From positions 2,368,001-2,432,000 of the forward strand of contig OZ244561.1 of the NCBI GenBank assembly GCA_965217585.1: 64,000 bases of DNA, written 5' to 3'. The notes under the pieces are model-generated. The model ran no database searches. It was not told the DNA's origin and saw nothing but the letters and a program-made list of their open reading frames with translations. Position numbers and translations under genes: made by a program. This document shows, one piece after another, positions 45,986 through 54,933 of this stretch (the stretch's first letter is position 1; each line of letters begins with the position of its first letter). The stretch is from Candidatus Latescibacterota bacterium (GTDB lineage: Bacteria; Latescibacterota; UBA2968; UBA8231).

Positions 45986-47140
45986 ATGAAAATAACCGAC
46001 ATCCGCACCCTCTCGCTCTCGCGTGCCCACGAGCCTGAGCGCCAGTGGTACAGCGCCACTTTCCACGTGCCCAAGGCCGACTGCTCGATCTGCATCATCG
46101 AGACCGACGAGGGCTTGCAGGGTATCGCCGAGCCTTGCGCGTACGGTGTGCCGCCCGCCATCGCCGCTCGCATCGCCGAACTCAAGCCCAGTCTTATCGG
46201 CCGCGACCCCCGCGACGAGGACCTGACGCCGCACAACGAGGCGGTGCGCGCCAACGACATCGCCAACGCCGGCCTCAACTGCGCGCTGTGGGATTTGCGC
46301 GGCAAGATCGCCGGGAAACCCACTGCCGACCTGCTCTGCGCGCCGGGGCAAACTCCCCTGCGCCGCCTCCGCCTCTACGCTTCCTCGGGCGTGCGCTACG
46401 ACTGGGACGACCACCCCGAGTCCGTCGTCGAAGAGGCGATCGGCTACGCCGAAGAGGGCTTCACCGCCTACAAGATGCGCCTCGGCACCCACTGGGCTTG
46501 GTCGGGCATCACCGTTGATTGCTTTCTAAAAATAGCGCGCCAAGTTCACGAGGCCGTGGGTGCGCGCATGGACCTAGCCCTCGACGGCAATTGTCGTCTC
46601 TCAATGGAGGAGGCGCTGCCTATCGCCGAGGCGCTCGACGAGATGGGCTGGGCTTGGTTCGAGGAACCAGTTGAACGCGTGCCCGCGGACTACGCCCGGC
46701 TCAACGAGGCCGTCTCCATCCCCGTCACCGGCGGCGAGCCTTTTACTACTTGGGCTCAGTTCGAGCCCTTCATGGAGGCAGGGGGCTTCGGCATTGTCCA
46801 GCCCGACGCCGGCGTCTGCGGCATCGACCTCTGCATGGAGGTCGGCCACAAGGCTCACTTCGAGTACGGCGAAATACCTCTGATCCCGCACAACTGGCAC
46901 AACGGCCTGATGACAATGGCCAACGCCCACATGGTCGCGGCGCTACCTGTCCCGCGCCTAGTCGAGCTAAACATGTGGCAAGGGTCCCTACAGTGGGAGA
47001 TCCTGCGCGAGAAACCACTGATCGAAGACGGCCACTTGATTCTGCCCGACGCTCCAGGCTTCGGTGTCGAATTGGCCGACGATCTTGAGACTCGCTTTCC
47101 TTATATTGAAGGCTCTTGGGGCAATCCCGTCCAACGCTGA
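45986..47140 (+). CDS. Mandelate racemase/muconate lactonizing enzyme family enolase
   Basis: ALWDLRGK, KMR, LDGN, WFEEP, GGE, QPD and PGFG motifs. Confidence 0.9.
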   Translation: MKITDIRTLSLSRAHEPERQWYSATFHVPKADCSICIIETDEGLQGIAEPCAYGVPPAIAARIAELKPSLIGRDPRDEDLTPHNEAVRANDIANAGLNCALWDLRGKIAGKPTADLLCAPGQTPLRRLRLYASSGVRYDWDDHPESVVEEAIGYAEEGFTAYKMRLGTHWAWSGITVDCFLKIARQVHEAVGARMDLALDGNCRLSMEEALPIAEALDEMGWAWFEEPVERVPADYARLNEAVSIPVTGGEPFTTWAQFEPFMEAGGFGIVQPDAGVCGIDLCMEVGHKAHFEYGEIPLIPHNWHNGLMTMANAHMVAALPVPRLVELNMWQGSLQWEILREKPLIEDGHLILPDAPGFGVELADDLETRFPYIEGSWGNPVQR

Positions 47141-47146
47141 GGACTT

Positions 47147-47980
47147 ATGGTCACCGACCTCGAAAATTATCTCTTCGACCTGCGCGGCTACCTGCACTTA
47201 GAGGGGGCACTTACCGCCGACGAGGTCAAAGATCTCAACGATTGCCTCGACACCATCCCACCGCTAGAGCCGGGCGACTGGTATGGCCATGTCCACGCCC
47301 ATACCTATGGCACGATTGACGGCCTCAACTTGCAGCAAATCTACGAGGCGGGCGAACCTTTTGAGCGGATGATTGACCATCCCACTTGGATCGAGAAAGT
47401 GCAGCACTTCGTCGGCGGCGAAGGCACGTTCGACTACGCACACGGGCCGCTCTTTATCGACGAAAACTTTGCCAACTTTCGTCAGCCTGGGGAGGCTATC
47501 GGCCTGCACTCCGGCGGCTATCCGCCCATCATGCGCAACCAATTTCGCTACCACGGCGGACGCTACATGTGCGGTCAAATCAACATCCTCGTCGCGCTCA
47601 CGGACATCGGTCCGGGCGACGGCGGCACCATGCTGATCCCCGGCAGCCACAAGTCCAACTTTACGCACCCCGACTTAGACCGGCATCGCATGCGGCCCGA
47701 AGGCGCCACCGTCGAGGGCATCACCGGTGCGGTCGAGTGCCAAATGGCTAAGGGCGACGCCTTGCTCTTTGTCGATGGCCTCTCGCACGGCTCGGCCCGG
47801 CGCCAAAACGAGGGTACCCGCCGGATTTTCGTCTATCGCTACGGGCCATCCTGGGGCAACTTCCGCCACGGCTACCATCCCTCGGACGGGCTATTGGCGC
47901 GTCTGACGCCCGAGCGGCGGCAGATTGTCTGGCCGCAGAGGCCCCGTCCCCAAGGACCGCAAAAAAAGGCTATTGAGTAG
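47147..47980 (+). CDS. PhyH family dioxygenase
   Basis: YLFDLRGY, LHSG, IPGSHKSN and LSHG motifs. Confidence 0.85.
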   Translation: MVTDLENYLFDLRGYLHLEGALTADEVKDLNDCLDTIPPLEPGDWYGHVHAHTYGTIDGLNLQQIYEAGEPFERMIDHPTWIEKVQHFVGGEGTFDYAHGPLFIDENFANFRQPGEAIGLHSGGYPPIMRNQFRYHGGRYMCGQINILVALTDIGPGDGGTMLIPGSHKSNFTHPDLDRHRMRPEGATVEGITGAVECQMAKGDALLFVDGLSHGSARRQNEGTRRIFVYRYGPSWGNFRHGYHPSDGLLARLTPERRQIVWPQRPRPQGPQKKAIE

Positions 47981-47985
47981 ATTCC

Positions 47986-48867
47986 ATGAAGGGCATCATT
48001 CTCGCCGGCGGCCAAGGCACGCGCCTTTACCCCTTGACCGTATCGGTCTCCAAGCAGATCCTGCCGATCTTCGACAAGCCAATGATCTACTACCCGCTCT
48101 CGGTGCTCATGCTGGCCGATATCCGCGAGATCCTCATCATCTCCAGCCCAGAGTACATCGACCTCTATCGCCAGCTCTTCGGCGACGGCGAGCGGCTGGG
48201 GCTGAGCATTGAATACGCGGTCCAAGACCGGCCCGAGGGCGTGGCCCACGCCTTTGTCGTGGGGGCCGATTTCGCCGGCCGAGACCCCTGTGCCTTGATA
48301 TTCGGCGACAACTTCCTCTATGGACACGGCCTGACTGCGATTCTACAGCGCGCCAGCCAACTACGGGAGGGGGGGTTGGCCTTCGCTTACTACGTGAGCG
48401 ATCCCACGCGCTACGGGGTCGTCGAATTCGACGCCGAGGGCAATGCCATCAGCATTGCAGAGAAGCCGCAAAACCCCAAGTCCAACTACGCGGTCATCGG
48501 CCTTTACTTTTACGACGGGGAGGTCGTTGACATCGTCCGCGGCCTCAAACCCTCGGCCCGCGGCGAACTAGAGATTACCGACGTCAACAACGAGTATCTG
48601 CGCCTCCAGCAACTCAAGGTCGAGGTGTTGGGACGGGGCTTTGCCTGGCTCGACACCGGCACGCACGAGAGTCTGCTAGAGGCCAGCAACTTCGTCCAAA
48701 CCATCGAGCACCGGCAGGGGCTCAAAGTGGGCTGCGTCGAGGAAATAGCGTACCGCAAGGGCTACATTGGCGAGGAACAGCTCCTCCGCATCGCCAATTA
48801 CTCCCAAGACAATGCGTATTGTCTCTATCTGAAGCACCTCGTCGAACAGTCCGGGCCGACGTTCTAA
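47986..48867 (+). CDS. rfbA: Glucose-1-phosphate thymidylyltransferase
   Basis: GIILAGGQGTRLYP, PSARGELEITD and WLDTGTHESL motifs. Confidence 0.96.
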   Translation: MKGIILAGGQGTRLYPLTVSVSKQILPIFDKPMIYYPLSVLMLADIREILIISSPEYIDLYRQLFGDGERLGLSIEYAVQDRPEGVAHAFVVGADFAGRDPCALIFGDNFLYGHGLTAILQRASQLREGGLAFAYYVSDPTRYGVVEFDAEGNAISIAEKPQNPKSNYAVIGLYFYDGEVVDIVRGLKPSARGELEITDVNNEYLRLQQLKVEVLGRGFAWLDTGTHESLLEASNFVQTIEHRQGLKVGCVEEIAYRKGYIGEEQLLRIANYSQDNAYCLYLKHLVEQSGPTF

Positions 48868-48934
48868 CGCCTTTTGACTTATCGGCCCGCCGCCCTACCT
48901 TAATATTTTTCACTCCCTGCGCAGACACTTAGAC

Positions 48935-49186
48935 ATGAATCAACTCGCACTCGACAACCCAATCGCACAAGGGCTCGACCTAGCCTTCGTGGGCATGAGC
49001 ATCGTCTTCACCGCCCTAGTATTGGTCAGCGTTTTTATCGCCGTCTTGCCGAGAATCCTCGCCGCGATCAACCCCTATATTCCCCCAGCACAACTCCACA
49101 CGCAGAGCCAGGACAAGGAAACCGACGCAACCGCAATCGCCGCGGCCATCGGCTTCGCCCTGCACGCGCGCCGCCAAAACGACTAA
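48935..49186 (+). CDS. oadG: Na+-transporting decarboxylase gamma subunit
   Basis: GMSIVFTALVL single TM and IAAAI motif; adjacent to oadB. Confidence 0.8.
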   Translation: MNQLALDNPIAQGLDLAFVGMSIVFTALVLVSVFIAVLPRILAAINPYIPPAQLHTQSQDKETDATAIAAAIGFALHARRQND

Positions 49187-49192
49187 ACGGCC

Positions 49193-50320
49193 ATGGAGAT
49201 TCTCCTCGAATTCCTCACCACCACGGCCGTGGCCAACATGTCGGACGGCAACCTGTTGATGATCGTTATCGGCGCGGTCTTCATCTCTCTAGCCATCCGC
49301 AAAGACTACGAGCCGCTACTGCTTCTGCCCATCGGCTTCGGCTGCATCGTGGGTAATCTCCCGTCTATTTCCAGCATGGCCATCGGCGTGTACGACAAAG
49401 GCAGCGTGCTCTACTACATCTATTTTGGCGTCAGCCAGGGGATCTTCCCGCCGCTGATTTTTCTCGGCATCGGCGCGATGACCGACTTCTCGACCATGCT
49501 CTCCAGCCCTCGGCTGGTGCTGCTGGGGGCCGCGGCGCAGACGGGCATTTTCCTGACCTTGATCGGCGCGCTTTACCTGGGTTTTACTCCTACCGAGGCC
49601 GGGGCCATCGGCATCATCGGCGGGGCCGACGGGCCAACGGCGATCTTCCTCTCGGCCAAACTCGCTCCCCACCTGCTCGGGGCCATTGCCATCGCCGCGT
49701 ATTCCTACATGGCCCTCGTGCCGGTCATCCAGCCGCCGGTGATGAAACTTTTGACCACCCGTAAGGAGCGGCTGATTCGCATGAAGCCCCCGCGCGAGGT
49801 TTCGCAGCGCGAAAAGATCATCTTTCCCATCGCCGCCTTCCTCATCTGCGCGCTCCTCGCCCCGGGTGCGATTGGGCTGCTCGGCATGCTGTTCTTCGGC
49901 AATCTGCTCAAGGAAAGCGGCGTCACCGAGCGCTTGGCCCAGACCGCCCGCACCTCGATGGTCGATATCGTCACCATCCTCCTCGGGTTCTCAGTGGGCT
50001 GCTCGACCCAAGCCCAAACCTTTCTCACGCCGCAGTCGGTACTCATCTTCAGCCTCGGTGCCCTGTCCTTTGCAGTCGCCACGGCCAGCGGCGTGCTCTT
50101 CGCCAAGTTTTTGAACCTCTTCACCAAAGACAAAATAAACCCTCTCGTCGGCGCTGCCGGGGTCTCGGCGGTGCCCGACTCGGCCCGCGTGGTGCAGATG
50201 ATGGGCCAGCGCGAAGACCCCAATAACTACCTCCTGATGCACGCGATGGCCCCCAATGTCGCCGGGGTCATCGGCTCGGCGGTAGCTGCCGGCGTCTTGT
50301 GGGCCGTGCTGGTGGGATAG
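49193..50320 (+). CDS. oadB: Na+-transporting decarboxylase beta subunit
   Basis: EPLLLLPIGFG, IGIIGGADGPT and HAMAPNVAGVIGSA motifs. Confidence 0.95.
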   Translation: MEILLEFLTTTAVANMSDGNLLMIVIGAVFISLAIRKDYEPLLLLPIGFGCIVGNLPSISSMAIGVYDKGSVLYYIYFGVSQGIFPPLIFLGIGAMTDFSTMLSSPRLVLLGAAAQTGIFLTLIGALYLGFTPTEAGAIGIIGGADGPTAIFLSAKLAPHLLGAIAIAAYSYMALVPVIQPPVMKLLTTRKERLIRMKPPREVSQREKIIFPIAAFLICALLAPGAIGLLGMLFFGNLLKESGVTERLAQTARTSMVDIVTILLGFSVGCSTQAQTFLTPQSVLIFSLGALSFAVATASGVLFAKFLNLFTKDKINPLVGAAGVSAVPDSARVVQMMGQREDPNNYLLMHAMAPNVAGVIGSAVAAGVLWAVLVG

Positions 50321-50337
50321 ACAACGAGGATGCGACC

Positions 50338-52137
50338 GTGAACAAGAAGAAAGTTCGCTTCATGTGTACCGCTTTCCGCGACGGCTTCCAGTCGGTCTAT
50401 GGAGCGCGCGTTTTCACGTCCGATTTTCTGCCCGCCGTCGCCGCGGCCAAGGAAGCTGGCATCGACTACTTCGAGGCTGGCGGCGGGGCCTGCTTCCAAT
50501 CGTTTTACTTCTACTGCGGCGAAGATGCCTTCGCCGCGATGGATGCCTTCCGCGCAACGGCCGGCCCGGACGCCGACCTACAGACCTTGGCGCGGGGGGT
50601 CAACGTGGTCGGCCTCGAATCGCAGCCGAGCGACATCGTCAAGCTCCACGCCGAGCTCTTCAAAAAGCACGGCATCACGACCATCCGCAATTTCGACGCA
50701 CTCAACGATGTCGATAACCTCATCTACTCTGGGCAGTGCATCGTGGATGCTGGGCTCAAACACCAAGTCTGCATCACGCTGATGGAACTGCCTCCGGGCT
50801 GCTCTGGTGCCCACGACGCGGCCTTCTACACCAATACGTTGCGCCAGATACTAGACGCCGGCATCCCGTACGACGCGGTCTGCTTCAAGGATGCCTCGGG
50901 CACGGCCGTGCCCGCCAAAGTCTATGAAACGATCTCAGAGGCGCGTCTCATGCTGCCCGAGGACACCTTCATCCACTTCCACACGCACGAAACGGCCGGT
51001 ATTGGCGTCAGTGCCAACATGGCCGCCCTCGACGCCGGTGCCGACGCCATCGACCTGTCTATGGCTCCTTGCTCCGGCGGCACCTGCCAGCCCGACATCA
51101 TCGTCATGTGGCACGCGCTGCGCGGCTCCGACTACGACCTCGACATAGACATCGACAAGATCCGCGACACCGAGGAAGTCTTCAAGGAGTGCATGGCCGA
51201 CTACTTCCTGCCGCCCGAAGCGGTGGCCGTGGAGCCGATGATTCCCTGGAGCCCCATGCCCGGCGGCGCGCTGACGGCCAACACCCAGATGCTGCGCGAC
51301 AACGGCATCATGGACAAGTACCCGGATATGATCAAGGCCATGCGCGAGGTCGTCGAAAAGGGCGGGTTCGGCACCTCGGTGACGCCGGTCTCGCAATTTT
51401 ACTTTCAGCAGGCTTTCAACAACGTCATGTTCGGCCCGTGGGAACGGATCGCCGCGCCCTACGGCCAGATGGTCTTGGGCTACTTCGGCAAGACGCCGGT
51501 CGCGCCCGACCCCTCGGTCGTCGAAATCGCCGCTCAACAGCTCGAGCTAGAGCCAACGACCCAAAATCCACTCGAACGCAACGACGCCGACCCAAACAAA
51601 GGCGTCGAACCGGCCCGCAAACAACTACAAGAAGCCGGCCTCGCCGAGACAGACGAAAACATTTTCATCGTCGCCACCTGCCAAGACAAGGGTTTGGCCT
51701 TCCTCAAGGGAGAAGGCGAGATCGGCGTGCGCAAGGTGGAGAGAAAGCAAAAGGAAGAGGCCCCGACCGACGGTCCGACGCACTATGCGATCACCGTCGA
51801 TGGCCGTCGCTACGCCGTCGCCATTGACGGCGACACGGCCACCGTTGATGGCCGCCGCTTCCAAGTCAGCTTGGACCCAGCGACCGATGGGGCGGCACCC
51901 CCACCGGCACCCAATGCTGATGGGGGCACACCGGTGCAAGCCCAGATGCCCGGGAAAGTAATCCGCCACCTTGCCCAAGTCGGCGACCACGTAGAAGAGG
52001 GCGACGGAATCATAGTGCTCGAAGCCATGAAGATGGAAATGCCGGTAACGGCCCCCGTCGGAGGCACGGTCGCCGATATTTTGGTGCATGCCGGGGATCA
52101 GGTGGCCAACGGACAGGTGCTCGCGCGCATCAGCTGA
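50338..52137 (+). CDS. oadA: Oxaloacetate decarboxylase alpha / pyruvate carboxylase B-like subunit with a biotin domain
   Basis: RDGFQS, FDALND, KDASG, HTH, PGG, VTPVSQ and EAMKM biotin site. GTG start after GAGG. Confidence 0.9.
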   Translation: MNKKKVRFMCTAFRDGFQSVYGARVFTSDFLPAVAAAKEAGIDYFEAGGGACFQSFYFYCGEDAFAAMDAFRATAGPDADLQTLARGVNVVGLESQPSDIVKLHAELFKKHGITTIRNFDALNDVDNLIYSGQCIVDAGLKHQVCITLMELPPGCSGAHDAAFYTNTLRQILDAGIPYDAVCFKDASGTAVPAKVYETISEARLMLPEDTFIHFHTHETAGIGVSANMAALDAGADAIDLSMAPCSGGTCQPDIIVMWHALRGSDYDLDIDIDKIRDTEEVFKECMADYFLPPEAVAVEPMIPWSPMPGGALTANTQMLRDNGIMDKYPDMIKAMREVVEKGGFGTSVTPVSQFYFQQAFNNVMFGPWERIAAPYGQMVLGYFGKTPVAPDPSVVEIAAQQLELEPTTQNPLERNDADPNKGVEPARKQLQEAGLAETDENIFIVATCQDKGLAFLKGEGEIGVRKVERKQKEEAPTDGPTHYAITVDGRRYAVAIDGDTATVDGRRFQVSLDPATDGAAPPPAPNADGGTPVQAQMPGKVIRHLAQVGDHVEEGDGIIVLEAMKMEMPVTAPVGGTVADILVHAGDQVANGQVLARIS

Positions 52138-52194
52138 CAACTGCTCCACAGCGGACTTGACAACACCCCTAGAACTGATGGGAGGTGAATAGTC

Positions 52195-52389
52195 ATGGAT
52201 ACCTATCGAGAATTGATTGACAGCATACGAGAGAGCCGAAGGCGAATGTCAGAGGAATGCAATCATGATTCGGCCAGATACCTAGCGTATTTGCAGTCTT
52301 TCAATGCCAGATATTCAAAGCAAATTGAATCATTTCAAAAACTGCGTGATTCTGCTCATGCGGAAGACTTAATATCTCCGTCAGAATAA
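52195..52389 (+). CDS. Small hypothetical protein (64 aa)
   Basis: GGAGGTG RBS; AT-richer; IRESRRRMSEECNHD helical pattern. Confidence 0.6.
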   Translation: MDTYRELIDSIRESRRRMSEECNHDSARYLAYLQSFNARYSKQIESFQKLRDSAHAEDLISPSE

Positions 52390-52412
52390 GGCATCCAAAT
52401 ACGGCATGCTTC

Positions 52413-53120
52413 TCATGTTCCCACATCCCCGGTCCACACCTCGCGCCGCGTGCCATCGTCTTCGCGCAGCAGCAGTTGCCCGGCTGCGCCAAAGCCCAGC
52501 ACCACGCCCGTGTGCCCGCCGACTGCGACGTACTGGCCCAAGTTGGCGCAGTGAGATTCCCACGCCGCACTCAGCGCAGCAAAGCCGCCTTTTTCCCAAC
52601 GCCCGATCCACACCTGCAAATGCACCAGTAACTCATCCAATACCCACTCGACATCGCGCTCGACCCCCGTCTCGATCCGCAGCGAGGTAGCGGTCTGGCC
52701 GATGGACGATGCCTCGTCGGCATCCATGTTGACGTTGAGGCCGATTCCGAGAACGACTCCTTTGCAGCGCTCGGCTAAAATGCCGCAGATCTTGCGGCCG
52801 CCCACTAGCACATCGTTGGGCCACTTGGTCTGTGCCGCCAAGCCATTTTCCTCCAAATAGGCTACCGCGCCCAAGGCGGCGGCCTGCGGCAGCGACAGGA
52901 ACTGCAACGGCGACGCATCGCTCCGCAACAACACGGAAAAGGTCAGGTTGCGGCCAGCCTGGGCGAGCCACTGCCGCTCGTAGCGGCCCCGGCCAGCGGT
53001 TTGAGAACGAGCGGCGAGCACGAAGCCATCGGGCAGGTCCCGACCCTCGCGCAACCACTCGACCAAGGTCGTATTGGTCGAGGGCAACTCGTCGTGCCAC
53101 TGGGGTTTTTGGAATCGCAT
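52413..53120 (-). CDS. birA: Biotin-protein ligase (no N-terminal HTH)
   Basis: STN, QTAGRGR, KWPND, KICGIL and GIGLNVN motifs. Confidence 0.93.
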   Translation of the reverse strand: MRFQKPQWHDELPSTNTTLVEWLREGRDLPDGFVLAARSQTAGRGRYERQWLAQAGRNLTFSVLLRSDASPLQFLSLPQAAALGAVAYLEENGLAAQTKWPNDVLVGGRKICGILAERCKGVVLGIGLNVNMDADEASSIGQTATSLRIETGVERDVEWVLDELLVHLQVWIGRWEKGGFAALSAAWESHCANLGQYVAVGGHTGVVLGFGAAGQLLLREDDGTRREVWTGDVGT

Positions 53121-53248
53121 CGTTTTAAATATATGGACGAAGACCAAGCGTTGAGAAAGCTCGCATTTGACCATGAGCTACGCCTTGGTATTATTTACAA
53201 GTTCCCTTCAAGCCGCTCTCACGCCTCTTAGCTATAGGAGACAATCCC

Positions 53249-54628
53249 ATGCCCGTTTCTAGACGCCAATTCCTCAAAAGCGCGGCAGCCGTTTCCATCG
53301 GCTTTGCCGGCCTCCATCGCCACCTCGCGTGGGGCGAGCCAGTGCTCGAAAATAGCTTTGGGCCGCTCGTGCCCGACCCCGGAGGCATCCTCGACCTGCC
53401 CGAGGGATTTAGCTATCGGGTTCTCGCACGCGCCGGCGAACTCATGGACGATGGCCTGCGATTGCCGGGCGCAGCCGACGGGATGGCTGCCTTCCCCGGG
53501 CCAGAAGGCCGCGTCGTTTTGGTGTGCAACCAAGAGCTGAGCCCCGGGTCGAAAGAAGCCGGTGCCTTTGGCGACGACAACGAGAATCTGGGCAAACTGC
53601 CCAAAGAAGATCTGTACGACTGGGGCCAAGGCGAGATGCCGTCCTTGGGCGGCACCACGAACATCGTGTACAACGCGCAAACCGGCGCAGTGGAGCGGAA
53701 ATTTCTCAGCTTGGCCGGCACGGTGCGCAACTGCGCCGGCGGGCCGACCCCTTGGCATAGTTGGATTAGCTGCGAAGAGACGACCCAGCGGATCGACGGG
53801 CCGATCGAAAAAGACCACGGCTACAACTTCGAGGTCCCCGCTACCACAGAAATCGGCCGCGCCGCACCAGTGCCGCTCAAGGCCATGGGGCGCTTCGTGC
53901 ACGAGGCCGTCGCCGTAGATCCCCGCTCGGGAATCGTCTATCAGACCGAAGATACCGGCGACAGCTTGATCTACCGCTACATCCCCGATGCACCGGGCAA
54001 ACTAATAGCTGGGCGGCTGCAAGCCTTAGCCGTAATCGACCATCCCGGCTTGGACACCCGCAACTGGGAAAAAGCGCTGGTAAGCCCAGGCGAGCCGCTC
54101 GCCGTGCGCTGGGTCGATATAGAAAACGTCGAGTCGCCAGACAACGACTTGCGCATTCAGGGCTTTGAAGGCAAGGGCTGCGCTCGCTTTGCCCGCGGCG
54201 AGGGCATGTGGTACGGCCGCGATGCGATTTACTTTGTCTGCACCAGCGGCGGCCGCAAAAAGAAAGGCCAGATCTTCCGCTACCAGCCCAGCCCGCACGA
54301 GGGCACGGCCGATGAAGGCAAGGCACCGGGGACGCTCGAACTGTTCGTCGAGCCGAACGACGGCGACCTAGTCGACAACGCCGACAACCTCACGGTCTCG
54401 CCTTTCGGCGACTTGATCGTCTGCGAAGACGGCGGCGGGGAAAACAACCTAGTCGGCATAACGCCCGCAGGCCAGATCTACCGCTTCGGGCACAACCGCA
54501 TGAACAATTCCGAATTCGCCGGCGCGACCTTTTCGCCCGACGGCCAAGTGCTCTTCGTCAATATCCAGCATCCCGGCACCACGCTGGCCATCTACGGCCC
54601 CTGGGATCAGCGGCGGTCTGACGGTTAG
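53249..54628 (+). CDS. phoX: PhoX-family (DUF839) alkaline phosphatase, Tat-exported
   Basis: SRRQFLK Tat motif, NCAGGPTPW..CEE, GRFVHEA, RGEG, DNL, CEDG and NIQHPG. Confidence 0.9.
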   Translation: MPVSRRQFLKSAAAVSIGFAGLHRHLAWGEPVLENSFGPLVPDPGGILDLPEGFSYRVLARAGELMDDGLRLPGAADGMAAFPGPEGRVVLVCNQELSPGSKEAGAFGDDNENLGKLPKEDLYDWGQGEMPSLGGTTNIVYNAQTGAVERKFLSLAGTVRNCAGGPTPWHSWISCEETTQRIDGPIEKDHGYNFEVPATTEIGRAAPVPLKAMGRFVHEAVAVDPRSGIVYQTEDTGDSLIYRYIPDAPGKLIAGRLQALAVIDHPGLDTRNWEKALVSPGEPLAVRWVDIENVESPDNDLRIQGFEGKGCARFARGEGMWYGRDAIYFVCTSGGRKKKGQIFRYQPSPHEGTADEGKAPGTLELFVEPNDGDLVDNADNLTVSPFGDLIVCEDGGGENNLVGITPAGQIYRFGHNRMNNSEFAGATFSPDGQVLFVNIQHPGTTLAIYGPWDQRRSDG

Positions 54629-54933
54629 CTCTGCAAGTCCATAGGAATTCTCTGCTGGCCGCGCCCGAGTCCGGCAGGCGATACAGCGCTGTGTAGTATT
54701 CTGCACAGCGCTTTTTGCGTCACGCGCTTGTCTTCTCTGAAGGATTGGGCTGATAAAGCTCTGGTACGCCAATTGCAAGAGTCTTGGGCCGACTGCTCAG
54801 GCGAGTTATATTTTTTTTCCGCGAGGTCCTACCACGCCGATCCAATCCTCTCGAATGACCAAACATAAAAACGTCCTCTTTCCCATCGCCGAAGGTTGGG
54901 CGCGGCTAGCCACCTGTTTTTGAGCGCGGTGTT

